Numbered from the stretch's first letter, positions 18,094 through 27,352 are shown. The stretch: DNA of 46,629 bases from Clostridia bacterium (GCA_017455605.1 JAFSZO010000042.1:1-46629), one strand, 5' to 3'. The notes: generated from the letters alone by a model not told the origin. Numbers and translations: made by a program.

Positions 18094-19089
18094 ATGATGG
18101 AAAACGATGTCAAAAGAAGATATGATAATGCGATCCTCGGAGTCTATCCGCAGAGCCGTGAGAGGGACGCGGAGACGATCCGACGACTGAACGAGCAGGC
18201 AGGCAAATTGCCGACCCGAACGAACAGCCAAAAGTGGACCTCCTATCACTTTTACGACGAAGACGGCGACCCGTCGGATTATGCCTGGCATATTGACCTG
18301 ACGATAGACGGAAGGAAGTACCGCGGCGTGTATTTCGTCGAGTATCGCCCTGCGGTGACGAGCTGTGAGGAAGACGGCTATTACCCGGAAGCGAGCGTCC
18401 AAAAAGCGAACGGCTACCTCACCAAAAAGACCTACTGGTTCCGCTTCGAACCGATCGAGTGGGTCGTCCTCACCCAAGACGACAAATACGCGATGGTGAT
18501 CTCGGATAAGATCCTCGACGCAGGCAACTTCGGTCACAAGTCCGACCTCAAGGGATGGAGCTATCGCTTCTTCCGCCAAAAAAAGATCCCCAATTTCTAC
18601 GGAGAAGGCGATCTGCACTCCTTTCTGCACGAAACGTTCTCCAACGTGGCGTTCACCCCCAACGAGCGGTCCAAAATGATACAGATAGAAGTCGATAACG
18701 GACCGTACAGCACCTTCCCGAACGAGAAAAAATATTGGAAAAAGAGCGACGGCACCAACGTGTACGCCAAGGGCGACACCCTCGAAACCCTCTTCTCTCC
18801 GAGCGTACAGGAGGTCACCGACGCCCTTTTCGGCTTTTCCCCCGATCCACGGATGCCCGATCCCGCCCGCAGAAAGCGCGCGACGGATTACGCGCGAGCC
18901 ATGGGCGTAGGCGTGATTCAAGGAAACGCGGAAGAAAGCGGGAACAGTATGTGGTGGCTCCGTTCTCCGGATCGCACCTCCGACGAAGAAGCACACTGCA
19001 TCTCGGCAGACGGCGTTGTAGAAGACCGCTTCTCCGTCTTCAGGACCTATCCGGGCATCGTCCCCGGCTTTTGGATGAAATTATCCTAA
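18094..19089 (+). CDS. DUF6273-like protein
   Basis: FEPIEWVVLTQDDKYAMVISDKILD, SMWWLRSP and GIVPGFWM match my memory of the IEW.VL / WWLRSP / VRPA family pattern. Confidence 0.65.
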   Translation: MMENDVKRRYDNAILGVYPQSRERDAETIRRLNEQAGKLPTRTNSQKWTSYHFYDEDGDPSDYAWHIDLTIDGRKYRGVYFVEYRPAVTSCEEDGYYPEASVQKANGYLTKKTYWFRFEPIEWVVLTQDDKYAMVISDKILDAGNFGHKSDLKGWSYRFFRQKKIPNFYGEGDLHSFLHETFSNVAFTPNERSKMIQIEVDNGPYSTFPNEKKYWKKSDGTNVYAKGDTLETLFSPSVQEVTDALFGFSPDPRMPDPARRKRATDYARAMGVGVIQGNAEESGNSMWWLRSPDRTSDEEAHCISADGVVEDRFSVFRTYPGIVPGFWMKLS

Positions 19090-19112
19090 AACGCTTTCAG
19101 GAGAAGTACGAG

Positions 19113-19140
19113 AAAACACCCGAGCGGTGTTTTTCTTTTT
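19113..19140 (+). terminator. Rho-independent terminator between convergent genes
   Basis: AAAACACC CGAGC GGTGTTTT followed by TCTTTTT. Confidence 0.75.
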
Positions 19141-19182
19141 CAATCATTTTCAAAAAGTCGGGCGAAATACGGTGCGATCCGC

Positions 19183-20706
19183 TCAACGCAAGCATTCGTC
19201 CAAGATCGCGCGAGCGACGCGGATACCGTCCACCGCCGCGCTCATGATGCCGCCCGCATAGCCGCACCCTTCGCCGCAGGGATAGAAGGCGGGATCACTC
19301 GGACTGCGATAGCTCTCGTCGCGAAGCACGCGCACGGGAGAAGAACTGCGCGTTTCGGGCGCCGTCAAAAGGTTGTCCTCCCTTGCGAGTCCCTTGACGC
19401 GCCTGTCCAATGCGGGGAGGGCGAGACGCAAAGCGCCCGTGATCCGCTCCGGCAACAGACGAGAAAGATCCGCGGGAGCCACCCCCGGGAGATAGGACGG
19501 CTCCACGACGCCGTCGAGCGTTCCGATTCGTCCTTTCAGGAAATCCCCCACCCTCTGACACGGCGCGCGGTAACCGCCGCCTGCGAGACCGAAGGCTTTC
19601 CTCTCGATCCTTCGTTGATACTCCACGCCGGCGAGGACACCCCCGCCGTAATCGTTCTCGTCCACCCCGACGAGGAGGGCGGCGTTGGCATTCCTGCCGT
19701 CGCGCGCGTGATAGCTCATCCCGTTGGTGACTACGCCGCCCTCTTCGCTCGAAGCGCAAACGACGTAGCCGCCCGGACACATACAAAAGCTGTACACGCC
19801 GCCCAAGGCGGTATGTTCCGCGACCTTGTAATCCGCGGCGGGAAGCCGCGGGTCTCGCCGCACGCCGTACATCGCCTCGTTGATATCCTCCTGCAGGCTC
19901 TCGAGGCGAACGCCCACGGCGAAGGGCTTGCTCTCCATCGCGAAGCCGCGTTCGAGCAGTCGCTCGTAGGTATCGCGCGCCGAATGCCCGATCGCCAGCA
20001 CGACGCGATCGGTCAGGTATTCTCCGTCCGCCGTCAGTCGGATCGTCCCACCCTCTCGTACGAGATCGGTGACCTCCGCGCGAAAGCGGACCTCCCCGCC
20101 CAACCGCTCGATCTCTCCTCTTATCGCGCGAATGGTCTCGCGGAGCTTGTCGGTGCCGACGTGTGGCTTGTTCAGATAGAGGATCTCCTTCGGCGCGCCG
20201 AACTTCACGAAGGTCTCGAGGACGAAGCGAGAGAGCTCCTTGTCCTTGATGCCGCTGTTCAGCTTGCCGTCCGAGAAGGCGCCCGCGCCGCCCTCGCCGT
20301 ATTCCGCATTGGCGTTCGGATCGAGGACGCCCCGCTGCCACAAGGCGTCCACCTTGGGCGCGCGCTCTTCGATGGGGAGACCGCGCTCGAGCACGAGGGG
20401 ACGCATCCCCGCGAGGGCGAGAACGTATGCGGCGAAGATGCCTGCGGGACCGAACCCGATCACGACGGGACGATGGTCCCGCTCTCCTACGTGGGGGAAG
20501 GTGACCTCGGGCAGCCTCTCGACCGCGTCCGAGATCAACACGCCGTAACACTCACGGATCGCTCCCTTTTTACGCGCGTCGATCGACTTTCGCAGGATCA
20601 AAAAGGTGCGCACGTCCTTTTCGGACAGGCGCGCCTTGCGAGCCGCCGCCCGCTTGACGTCCGCCGCGGAAGACCCGAGCGGCATCGACAGATCGTCTAT
20701 CCTCAT
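19183..20706 (-). CDS. FAD-dependent oxidoreductase (COG2509-like)
   Basis: Rossmann dinucleotide motif VVIGFGPAGIFAAYVLALAGMRPLVLERG, and C-terminal GEGCGYAGGIMSAAVDG. ATG 20706 lies 6 nt after GAGGTGG. Confidence 0.85.
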   Translation of the reverse strand: MRIDDLSMPLGSSAADVKRAAARKARLSEKDVRTFLILRKSIDARKKGAIRECYGVLISDAVERLPEVTFPHVGERDHRPVVIGFGPAGIFAAYVLALAGMRPLVLERGLPIEERAPKVDALWQRGVLDPNANAEYGEGGAGAFSDGKLNSGIKDKELSRFVLETFVKFGAPKEILYLNKPHVGTDKLRETIRAIRGEIERLGGEVRFRAEVTDLVREGGTIRLTADGEYLTDRVVLAIGHSARDTYERLLERGFAMESKPFAVGVRLESLQEDINEAMYGVRRDPRLPAADYKVAEHTALGGVYSFCMCPGGYVVCASSEEGGVVTNGMSYHARDGRNANAALLVGVDENDYGGGVLAGVEYQRRIERKAFGLAGGGYRAPCQRVGDFLKGRIGTLDGVVEPSYLPGVAPADLSRLLPERITGALRLALPALDRRVKGLAREDNLLTAPETRSSSPVRVLRDESYRSPSDPAFYPCGEGCGYAGGIMSAAVDGIRVARAILDECLR

Positions 20707-20788
20707 CTCGTCCACCTCATACAAAAGAAGTGCCGCAACGCATTCGCCGCGGCAACCGTTCTCCGTTCTTTTCTCTTAGGGCGCGTCG

Positions 20789-21409
20789 TCATTCCCCGAT
20801 CACCCTCTTGGCGAGAGCATACACTTCCTCCGCCGCCTCTCGGATCGGGCGGTCGTTGTTCACGATCGCGACCTTCTCTTCGGGCAAGGCGGCAAACGCT
20901 CTCATATAGTTGTCCCGCACGCGACGAAGGGTCTCGGTCTTCTCGTAACGTTCCCGTTCCCCGCGATCGGTTATCCGAGAGGCGAAGCTCTCGGGCGGGA
21001 TGTCGAGGAACAGGGTCAGATCGGGTCTGAGGCTCTCCAAGGCGACGCGGTTGATCTCGATGACCCACTCCATCGGCGCGAACATCGAATTGTAGGCAAA
21101 GGAAGAAAAATAGTAGCGGTCGCACAGCACGGTCTGTCCACGCTCGAGACGGGCGAGGAGCCCCTCGTTCGGGCGAAGGATGTGGTCGATGCGGTCGGTC
21201 ATAAACAGTCCGGCGATCGCCTTTTCGGGCAGATCGGAGGCACCCGTCAAACAGCGACGAAGCAGGACGCCCGCCTCGCCGTCGGTCGGTTCACGGGTCA
21301 AGAAGACGTCGAGTCCCTCCGCAACCAATCGCTCCTTGAGGAGACGGGCGTGCGTACTCTTGCCGCTGCCGTCGATCCCCTCGAATACGATAAATTTACC
21401 TCGCTTCAT
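20789..21409 (-). CDS. tmk: Thymidylate kinase
   Basis: P-loop FIVFEGIDGSGKST, DRYYFSSFAYN, and a lid region. Confidence 0.92.
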   Translation of the reverse strand: MKRGKFIVFEGIDGSGKSTHARLLKERLVAEGLDVFLTREPTDGEAGVLLRRCLTGASDLPEKAIAGLFMTDRIDHILRPNEGLLARLERGQTVLCDRYYFSSFAYNSMFAPMEWVIEINRVALESLRPDLTLFLDIPPESFASRITDRGERERYEKTETLRRVRDNYMRAFAALPEEKVAIVNNDRPIREAAEEVYALAKRVIGE

Positions 21410-22875
21410 CAGTCGTCGTACCTGCCCTCTTTTGCTTCGATGATCAGCGCGCCGAGCTCACGCGCGGCTTTCTCGCTCTCTCTGCCCGCCTTGGTGATCG
21501 TATACTTGTAGACCTTACCCTTCTTTTCACGCTTTGCGTAGGCACGGCTCTTATACTCGAGGAAAGGCGACTCCTCGCGCGCGTAGACGTAGAAGTAGAA
21601 GGTCTTCTTCAACATCGAGAAGAAAAGCGGTATCGAGATCACCACGGACACGCCGCCGCACCCGTAGAAGAGATAGGTGAACCAATCTTTCCAGCTGTCA
21701 CCCGTGATGAAAGGAATATTCATTCCGCTTTGGACGAACGGGAGCGCCACCATAAACGCGCCGAGCCCGAAGAAGAACAGCCAAAAGATGAACTTCACGA
21801 ACGAAAGGCGGCTGTATTTGCTGAACTTGATGCCCGAGACCTTGTCAATGCCGATCTCGGACCGCTCGCCCGCGTTGATGAGCAAACGCTTATTCGTCAG
21901 GCAGAGGATACCGTCTCCCTTGCTCGACGCGAGGCAATCGTAACTGCGGATCACGCGCTCCCCTTTCGCAATCACGAACCCGGGGACCACGTCGTTTTCT
22001 TTCAGGAGCGGGTCCTTGTCGATCTTGTATTTCCTGCGCAATCTTCGCTCGTAAGAGGAATACTGCCTGACGGGAGCGGGATTTTCCGCTTTGACGTCCG
22101 CAGGCGCGGGTGCGCTCTCGGGCTGCGCAACGGGCGCTTCGGGTGCGGCGACAGTATCGGGCGCCGCCTCTTCCGTCGCGGGGACTTCCTCAATAGGCGC
22201 CTCCGCCGGTACGGGGACGACAGCTGCGAGGACCGGTGCTTCCGCGGGCGCCTCGGGTTTAGCGGAGGGGAGCTCGTACGGTTCGCCTGTCTCTTTCTCG
22301 ATCTCCCGTTTCGCCTTTTGCTCCGCTTCCGCCTCGACTCTCGCGATCAAGGCGGCGGTCTTCGCCCTCTTCTTGTCCTCTTTTGCCTGCAGTTTTGCCT
22401 CTTTGGCGGCTTCCTTTTCCGCCTTTTTACGAGCGGCTTCCGCCTCTTTTTCCTCTCTCTTACGGGCAGCCTCCGCCTCTTTCGCCTCACGCTCCGCGGC
22501 TTCCGCGGCGACTCTGGCGGCACGCTCTTCCGCCTCCTTTCGCTTCTCTTCGTCGATCGCGAATCCTGCGGGGATGATATCCTCAAAGAGAGGTTGCGGC
22601 GCTCCGTACTGCGGCTCCGAACGTTCCTCGACGACAGGCTCCGTCGTAGGCGTCTCGACAGCGAGCTCCGATGTCTCGGGAAGGGGCTCCGCCGCGGGCA
22701 CTTCCTCGATCTCGACGGCGGAAACGGAATCGGCGGGCACCGCTTCGCTCACGGGAAGATCGGAGGTCGGGGCCTCTTCGACCGCCGCAGGACCGTTCTC
22801 GATGCGTGCGGTGACCTCGTCGTCGAAATCCGCAAGGATATCCGGGGATTTTTGGTTTTTTTCGGGATTTTTCAT
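21409..22875 (-). CDS. Hypothetical membrane protein: acidic/Pro-rich N-terminus, EAK-rich coiled coil, PH/GRAM-like module, TM helices
   Basis: REAKEAEAARKREEKEAEAARKKAEKEAAKEAK low complexity. GFVIAKGERVIRSYDC...ILCLTNKRLLI looks PH/GRAM-like. Helices FVKFIFWLFFFGLGAFMVALPF and FYGCGGVSVVISIPLFF. ATGA overlap with the tmk start. Confidence 0.7.
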   Translation of the reverse strand: MKNPEKNQKSPDILADFDDEVTARIENGPAAVEEAPTSDLPVSEAVPADSVSAVEIEEVPAAEPLPETSELAVETPTTEPVVEERSEPQYGAPQPLFEDIIPAGFAIDEEKRKEAEERAARVAAEAAEREAKEAEAARKREEKEAEAARKKAEKEAAKEAKLQAKEDKKRAKTAALIARVEAEAEQKAKREIEKETGEPYELPSAKPEAPAEAPVLAAVVPVPAEAPIEEVPATEEAAPDTVAAPEAPVAQPESAPAPADVKAENPAPVRQYSSYERRLRRKYKIDKDPLLKENDVVPGFVIAKGERVIRSYDCLASSKGDGILCLTNKRLLINAGERSEIGIDKVSGIKFSKYSRLSFVKFIFWLFFFGLGAFMVALPFVQSGMNIPFITGDSWKDWFTYLFYGCGGVSVVISIPLFFSMLKKTFYFYVYAREESPFLEYKSRAYAKREKKGKVYKYTITKAGRESEKAARELGALIIEAKEGRYDD

Positions 22876-22979
22876 ATTCTTACCTCACACGGCGCGCACT
22901 CGCGCCGTACATAACATATAACTATTATAGCATATTTTTTACCCAATGCAACATATTCTCTTGAGTTACGGGATAGGGT

Positions 22980-23009
22980 TTGACTTTTCCATCGCTTTCG
23001 GGATATAAT
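22980..23009 (+). promoter_or_regulatory. SigA-type promoter of metF
   Basis: TTGACT (22980-22985), 18 nt, TATAAT (23004-23009). This leaves a leader of only ~25 nt. Confidence 0.6.
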
Positions 23010-23038
23010 TTCGTTAGAACAGTGCGGAGGAAAAGGTT

Positions 23039-23908
23039 ATGAAGATCACGGAATCGATCGGGAAAAGGAAAGGCACTCTCTCCTTCGAAATATTCCCGCC
23101 CAAAGGCGAATTCGACCGTCAAGGCGTTCGCGCCTTGCTGTCTGCCCTAACCCCCCTTCGTCCCGCCTATATCAGCGTGACCTACAGCGCGGGCGGCTCT
23201 CTGAACAATCGGTTGACCGAGGAGATCGCGCAAATGGCGCAGCAGGAGAACCACATCCCCTCCGCCTGCCACATCACCGTCATCAACAGCACGAAAGAGG
23301 CGACCCTCGCCACCATCGACTCCTTCCACGCGCGCAGCATCGAGAACGTGCTCGCCCTGCGCGGCGACCGCGTGGAAGGCGCTCCCCAAGGGGGATACGA
23401 ACACGCGACGGACATCATCCCCATCCTCGCGGAACGCGGGTTCTGCGTCGGTGCGAGCTGTTACCCCGAGGGACATCCCGCCTCTCCCTCCTTGGCGGAA
23501 GACTATCGCTATCTCAAAATGAAAGAGGACCTCGGCGCCTCCTTCTTCGTTTCTCAGCTCTGCTTTGACAATCGCCGCTTTTTCGAGTTCTTCGACGGTG
23601 TGAAAAAGGCGGGCGTGACCTCCCCCATTTCGGCGGGCATCATGCCCATCATGAGCAAGGCGCAGATCAACCGCATGATCTATATGTGCGCGGTCTCCCT
23701 CCCCGGCGAGATCATCCGCATTTTGAACCGCTACGAGGAGGACAGGGACGGACTCCTGCAGGCGGGGCTGGACTACGCCGCCGAGCAGATCCGCGAGCTG
23801 TACGACGCGGGCGCGGACGACGTCCACTTCTATATGATGAACCGCCCCGAAGCGGCGGTGGGACTGGTCGAGAGGCTCACCGCTCTCGGCTGTTACAAGA
23901 ATGCTTGA
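23039..23908 (+). CDS. metF: 5,10-methylenetetrahydrofolate reductase
   Basis: SFEIFPPKG, ISVTYSAGGS, LALRGD and CYPEGH are MTHFR family motifs. Confidence 0.9.
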   Translation: MKITESIGKRKGTLSFEIFPPKGEFDRQGVRALLSALTPLRPAYISVTYSAGGSLNNRLTEEIAQMAQQENHIPSACHITVINSTKEATLATIDSFHARSIENVLALRGDRVEGAPQGGYEHATDIIPILAERGFCVGASCYPEGHPASPSLAEDYRYLKMKEDLGASFFVSQLCFDNRRFFEFFDGVKKAGVTSPISAGIMPIMSKAQINRMIYMCAVSLPGEIIRILNRYEEDRDGLLQAGLDYAAEQIRELYDAGADDVHFYMMNRPEAAVGLVERLTALGCYKNA

Positions 23909-24482
23909 GGAGCGCGTGATCCGTGACGCCCTGCGCTATCTGGGCGGCAAAGCGGACGACACGGAGGCGGTCGCCTTGTTGCGCCGCGTCTTCGAGACGC
24001 ATCGCGAGGTCTTTGTGCCTCGGCAGGTCGTCGCGATCTATCCCCTAAAGGACAAATTCCCCGCCCTCACCTTCGACGGGTGCGCCGTCACCCTCGTCGG
24101 CGAGAGCATCAAGAAGCATTTCGACGAGGCGACCGAAGGCATTTTCAGCGCGTTCACCCTCGGCGTGGCATTCGACCGCAGGGTCAGGGAACTATCCCTA
24201 ACGAGCCCCTCGGAGTCGGTGGCGTTGAACGCCCTCGGCAGCGCCTACGCCGAACGCAAAGCGGACGACCTGCTGAAAGAGGTCAGGGACCGAAAAGAGG
24301 CGGAAGGTTTTCGGACGAATTTCCGCTTTTGTCCCGGGTACGGCGACCTGCCCCTCACCGCGAATGCGGAGATCGCCGCCGCTCTTGGCGCGGCGAAAAA
24401 GATCGGACTGACCGTGACGGCGGAAGGGCTCCTGCTGCCGATCAAGAGTATCGTGGGCGTGACCGCCTGCGTTCCCGTTTAA
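23901..24482 (+). CDS. Stand-alone methionine synthase activation (AdoMet-binding)-like domain protein
   Basis: RFCPGYGDLPL...LLLPIKSIVGVTAC resembles the C-terminal reactivation domain of MetH. 8-nt overlap with metF. Confidence 0.7.
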   Translation: MLEERVIRDALRYLGGKADDTEAVALLRRVFETHREVFVPRQVVAIYPLKDKFPALTFDGCAVTLVGESIKKHFDEATEGIFSAFTLGVAFDRRVRELSLTSPSESVALNALGSAYAERKADDLLKEVRDRKEAEGFRTNFRFCPGYGDLPLTANAEIAAALGAAKKIGLTVTAEGLLLPIKSIVGVTACVPV

Positions 24483-24496
24483 GAGGTAAAACCAAT

Positions 24497-26782
24497 ATGG
24501 ATTTCGAGATTTTCGACGGCGCAATGGGTACGATACTCCAAGCTCGGGGACTCCCCGCGGGCGCCTTCCCCGAGACCTACAACCTGACCCACCCGGACGT
24601 CGTCCTCGCGGTGCATAAAGCCTACGTCGCGGCAGGCGCTGACGTCGTGACCGCGAACACCTTCGGCGCAAACCCCTTCAAGATGAAGGGCATGGACGTA
24701 AAGAAGATCATTGCCGAAGGCGTGCGGATCGCCAAGGCGTCCGGCGCAAAGAAAGTCGCCCTCGATGTCAGTTCACACGGCGCCCTTCTCGAGCCGAACG
24801 GCTCTCTTTCTTTCGACGAAGCATACGATAATTACGCTTTCATTATGCGCGCTGGCGCAGAGGCGGGCGCGGATCTCGTGCTGATCGAGACGATGAGCGA
24901 CCTGCTCGAGGCGAAATGCGCCCTGCTCGCCGCAAAGGAGAACACCGAGCTCCCGGTCTACGTCACGATGACCTACACCGAGGACGGCAGGACCTTCCTC
25001 GGGACCGACCCCGTTACGGCGACCATCACGCTCTGTTCGCTCGGCGCGGACGCGGTGGGCGTGAACTGCTCGCTCGGCGCGCGCGACCTCTTGCCCGTCG
25101 TCAAAAAGATAACGGAATACGCCACCTGCCCCGTGATCGTGCAACCCAACGCGGGGTTGCCGCGCATCGAGGGAAACCGAACGGTCTACGACGACACGCC
25201 CGCGACCTTCGCCGCCGCGATGGGCGAGATGGCGGACCTCGGCGTGACCATCCTCGGCGGGTGTTGCGGCACCGACCCCGAATACATCCGCGCGCTCAAG
25301 GGACTCCTTAGGGACAAAACGCCCGTAAAGCGCAACGTAAAACGGCATACCGCCGCCACCTCGGCGACCAAGACCGTCTTTCTGGACGAGGGCGTAAAGG
25401 TCATCGGTGAGAGGCTGAACCCGACGGGAAAAAAGAAGCTCAAAGCCGCCCTGATCGAAGGGGACGTGGACTACCTGCTACACGAAGCGATCGACCAAGA
25501 ACGCGCAGGCGCGGACATCCTCGACCTCAACGTCGGACTGCCCGAGATCGACGAAGCGGCGACCCTCGTCAAGGTGATGAAAGAGGTCTCCTCGACCGTC
25601 GCCCTGCCCATCCAGCTCGACTCCTCGGATAAACGCGCACTGGAGCGCGCCTGCCGCCTCTACTGCGGCAAACCCATCATCAACTCGGTGAATATGAAGA
25701 AAGAGAGCCTCGACGCGATCGTGCCCATCGCGAAAAAGTACGGCGCGACCCTGATCGGACTCTGCCTCGGCGACACGATGCCCAAGACCCACGAAGAGCG
25801 TTTCGCCTACGCGACCGCCCTCGTGGAGGAACTGACCGCGCGCGACATCCACAAGAGTGACGTCGTGATCGACTGCCTGGTGCTGACCATCGCGACGGAT
25901 GAGACGCAGGCGGAGGAGACCGCCCTCGCCGTGAAACAGGTCACCGAAGAGCTCGGCGTCTGCACGGTGCTCGGCGTCAGCAATATCAGCTTCGGGATGC
26001 CCGACAGGCTGAAGATCAACGCCGCTTTTCTCTCCAAGTGTCTGCAAGCGGGACTCTCCGCCCCTATCCTGAACCCCCTCGTCGCGGAATATGCCGAGGT
26101 GCTCGGGGGCAAACTGCTGACCCTCGACACCTCCTCCTACTTCACCTTCGACGGGAGCGGCGCGGAAGGCATCCGCGGTATGGTCCTCTGCGGCGCGGTG
26201 GGCGGCATCGAAGAGGCGGTGCGCGAGGCGCTGAAGACCAAAAGTCCCCTCGACGTCATCAACGGCGAATTCATCCCCGCGCTCGACGAGATCGGCGCAA
26301 AGTTCGAGAAAGGCGAAGTCTTTCTGCCCCGCCTGATCGCCGCCGCGGAGGTGGTGAAAAAGGGTATGGACGTGATGCGCGCGGGCGCGGACGAGGACGA
26401 CAGCCGTCCCGACGTGATCCTCGCCACGGTCAAGGGCGACATCCACGACATCGGCAAGAACATCGTCAAAATGTTGCTCCGCAGTTACGGCTACAAGGTC
26501 TTGGACCTCGGCAAGGACGTGCCCGAGAGCGAGGTCGTCGCCGCGTGGGAGAGGACGCACGCCCCCCTGATCGGGCTCTCCGCCCTGATGACCACCACCG
26601 TTCCCTCTATGAAGACCACGATCGACGCCCTGCGTGCGGCAGGATCGACGGCGAAGGTCGCGGTCGGCGGCGCGGTACTGACCGAAAACTACGCGCGAAC
26701 CGTCGGCGCGGACTACTACGGCAAGGACGCAAGGGCGACGGTGAAGATCGCCGAGGCGATCATACGCAAAGACAGCGTATAA
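24497..26782 (+). CDS. metH: Cobalamin-dependent methionine synthase lacking the activation domain
   Basis: Hcy-binding domain (GAMGT, GGCCGT), pterin-binding domain (INSVN), and B12 motif GDIHDIGKNIV...LSALMTTT. ATG 24497 follows AAGAGGT. The ORF-track start at 24080 is rejected. Confidence 0.9.
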   Translation: MDFEIFDGAMGTILQARGLPAGAFPETYNLTHPDVVLAVHKAYVAAGADVVTANTFGANPFKMKGMDVKKIIAEGVRIAKASGAKKVALDVSSHGALLEPNGSLSFDEAYDNYAFIMRAGAEAGADLVLIETMSDLLEAKCALLAAKENTELPVYVTMTYTEDGRTFLGTDPVTATITLCSLGADAVGVNCSLGARDLLPVVKKITEYATCPVIVQPNAGLPRIEGNRTVYDDTPATFAAAMGEMADLGVTILGGCCGTDPEYIRALKGLLRDKTPVKRNVKRHTAATSATKTVFLDEGVKVIGERLNPTGKKKLKAALIEGDVDYLLHEAIDQERAGADILDLNVGLPEIDEAATLVKVMKEVSSTVALPIQLDSSDKRALERACRLYCGKPIINSVNMKKESLDAIVPIAKKYGATLIGLCLGDTMPKTHEERFAYATALVEELTARDIHKSDVVIDCLVLTIATDETQAEETALAVKQVTEELGVCTVLGVSNISFGMPDRLKINAAFLSKCLQAGLSAPILNPLVAEYAEVLGGKLLTLDTSSYFTFDGSGAEGIRGMVLCGAVGGIEEAVREALKTKSPLDVINGEFIPALDEIGAKFEKGEVFLPRLIAAAEVVKKGMDVMRAGADEDDSRPDVILATVKGDIHDIGKNIVKMLLRSYGYKVLDLGKDVPESEVVAAWERTHAPLIGLSALMTTTVPSMKTTIDALRAAGSTAKVAVGGAVLTENYARTVGADYYGKDARATVKIAEAIIRKDSV

Positions 26783-26785
26783 AAA

Positions 26786-26905
26786 GACGGCGTATAGCGG
26801 CGCGAATCCTGCTCTACGACTTCAGTGGCGGGTAGTTACGTACAGTAAGTACGCGCCTATCCGCCACTTCGTTGAGCGTTTGTCTTCACACCACTCTCCG
26901 CCGCC
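26786..26905 (+). repeat. R1 intergenic element, copy E (solo)
   Basis: GACGGCGTATAGCGGCGCGAATCC...AGTGGCGG-GTAGTTACGTACAGTAAGTACGCGCCTAT-CCGCCACT...GAGCGTTTGTCTTCACACCACTCTCCGCCGCC. Starts 4 nt after the metH stop. Confidence 0.85.
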
Positions 26906-26937
26906 TTAACCGAGGCTTTAATCAAAGAATTTGTTAT

Positions 26938-26973
26938 AAAAAATGCGGCGTGCGCCGCATTTTTCCTTTTTTT
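26938..26973. terminator. Bidirectional Rho-independent terminator
   Basis: AAAAAATGCGGC GTGC GCCGCATTTTT followed by CCTTTTTTT. Confidence 0.8.
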
Positions 26974-26979
26974 GATGAA

Positions 26980-27057
26980 TTATTTGCTGAGCAGGTCGTG
27001 CAGGACGGTCATATCCCAAACGCCCATTTCCTCCACGGAGAGTAGAGCAGCCTTGAG
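26980..27057 (-). pseudogene. Relic of a gltX 3' end, diverged and with an internal in-frame deletion
   Basis: The - strand reads ..LKAALLSVEEMGVWDMTVLHDLLSK*. Compare the intact gltX tail LEAALPAVEEMGAWDMTVLHDLL[~55 aa]LLSK* (27703-27944). Nucleotide similarity is visible over 26980-26997 and 26998-27057. Confidence 0.75.
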
Positions 27058-27119
27058 ATTTAATTGGCTTTTATTCTGCCGCAAAGGTTGAGCGGACCAC
27101 TTTTGGATACTTTTATTTT

Positions 27120-27326
27120 TTACAAACGGAATCCAGTGTTCTTTGATGTAAACAAACTACAAGAAGAGGTTGCATTTACGTCTCTGTACTCCCACTCTTT
27201 TCTGAAAATCCCTCTTTGAACCATATTTTGCTCATTGCCGCAAAAGTATCTATCATTAAACAATGCGGCTAACGCGTTTTTCTCTCGGCAATATATACAA
27301 TTTTTACAAATCTTTTCTTCTTCCAT
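27120..27326 (-). CDS. Hypothetical small Cys-rich protein
   Basis: 68 aa with CKNCIYC...FCG (possible Zn ribbon). GGAGG SD lies 9 nt upstream. AT-rich island. Confidence 0.5.
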   Translation of the reverse strand: MEEEKICKNCIYCREKNALAALFNDRYFCGNEQNMVQRGIFRKEWEYRDVNATSSCSLFTSKNTGFRL

Positions 27327-27352
27327 CGTATTATTCCTCCGATTTTTATTAT

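Noticed and set aside
22876-23038. SAM (S-box) riboswitch upstream of metF
   Set aside because: A good promoter at 22980-23009 leaves a leader of only ~25 nt. No S-box-like helices or conserved kink-turn sequence were seen.
24080-24496. N-terminal extension of the metH ORF
   Set aside because: It overlaps the activation-domain gene out of frame. ATG 24497 with an AAGAGGT SD gives the canonical MetH N-terminus (MDFEIFDGAMGT).
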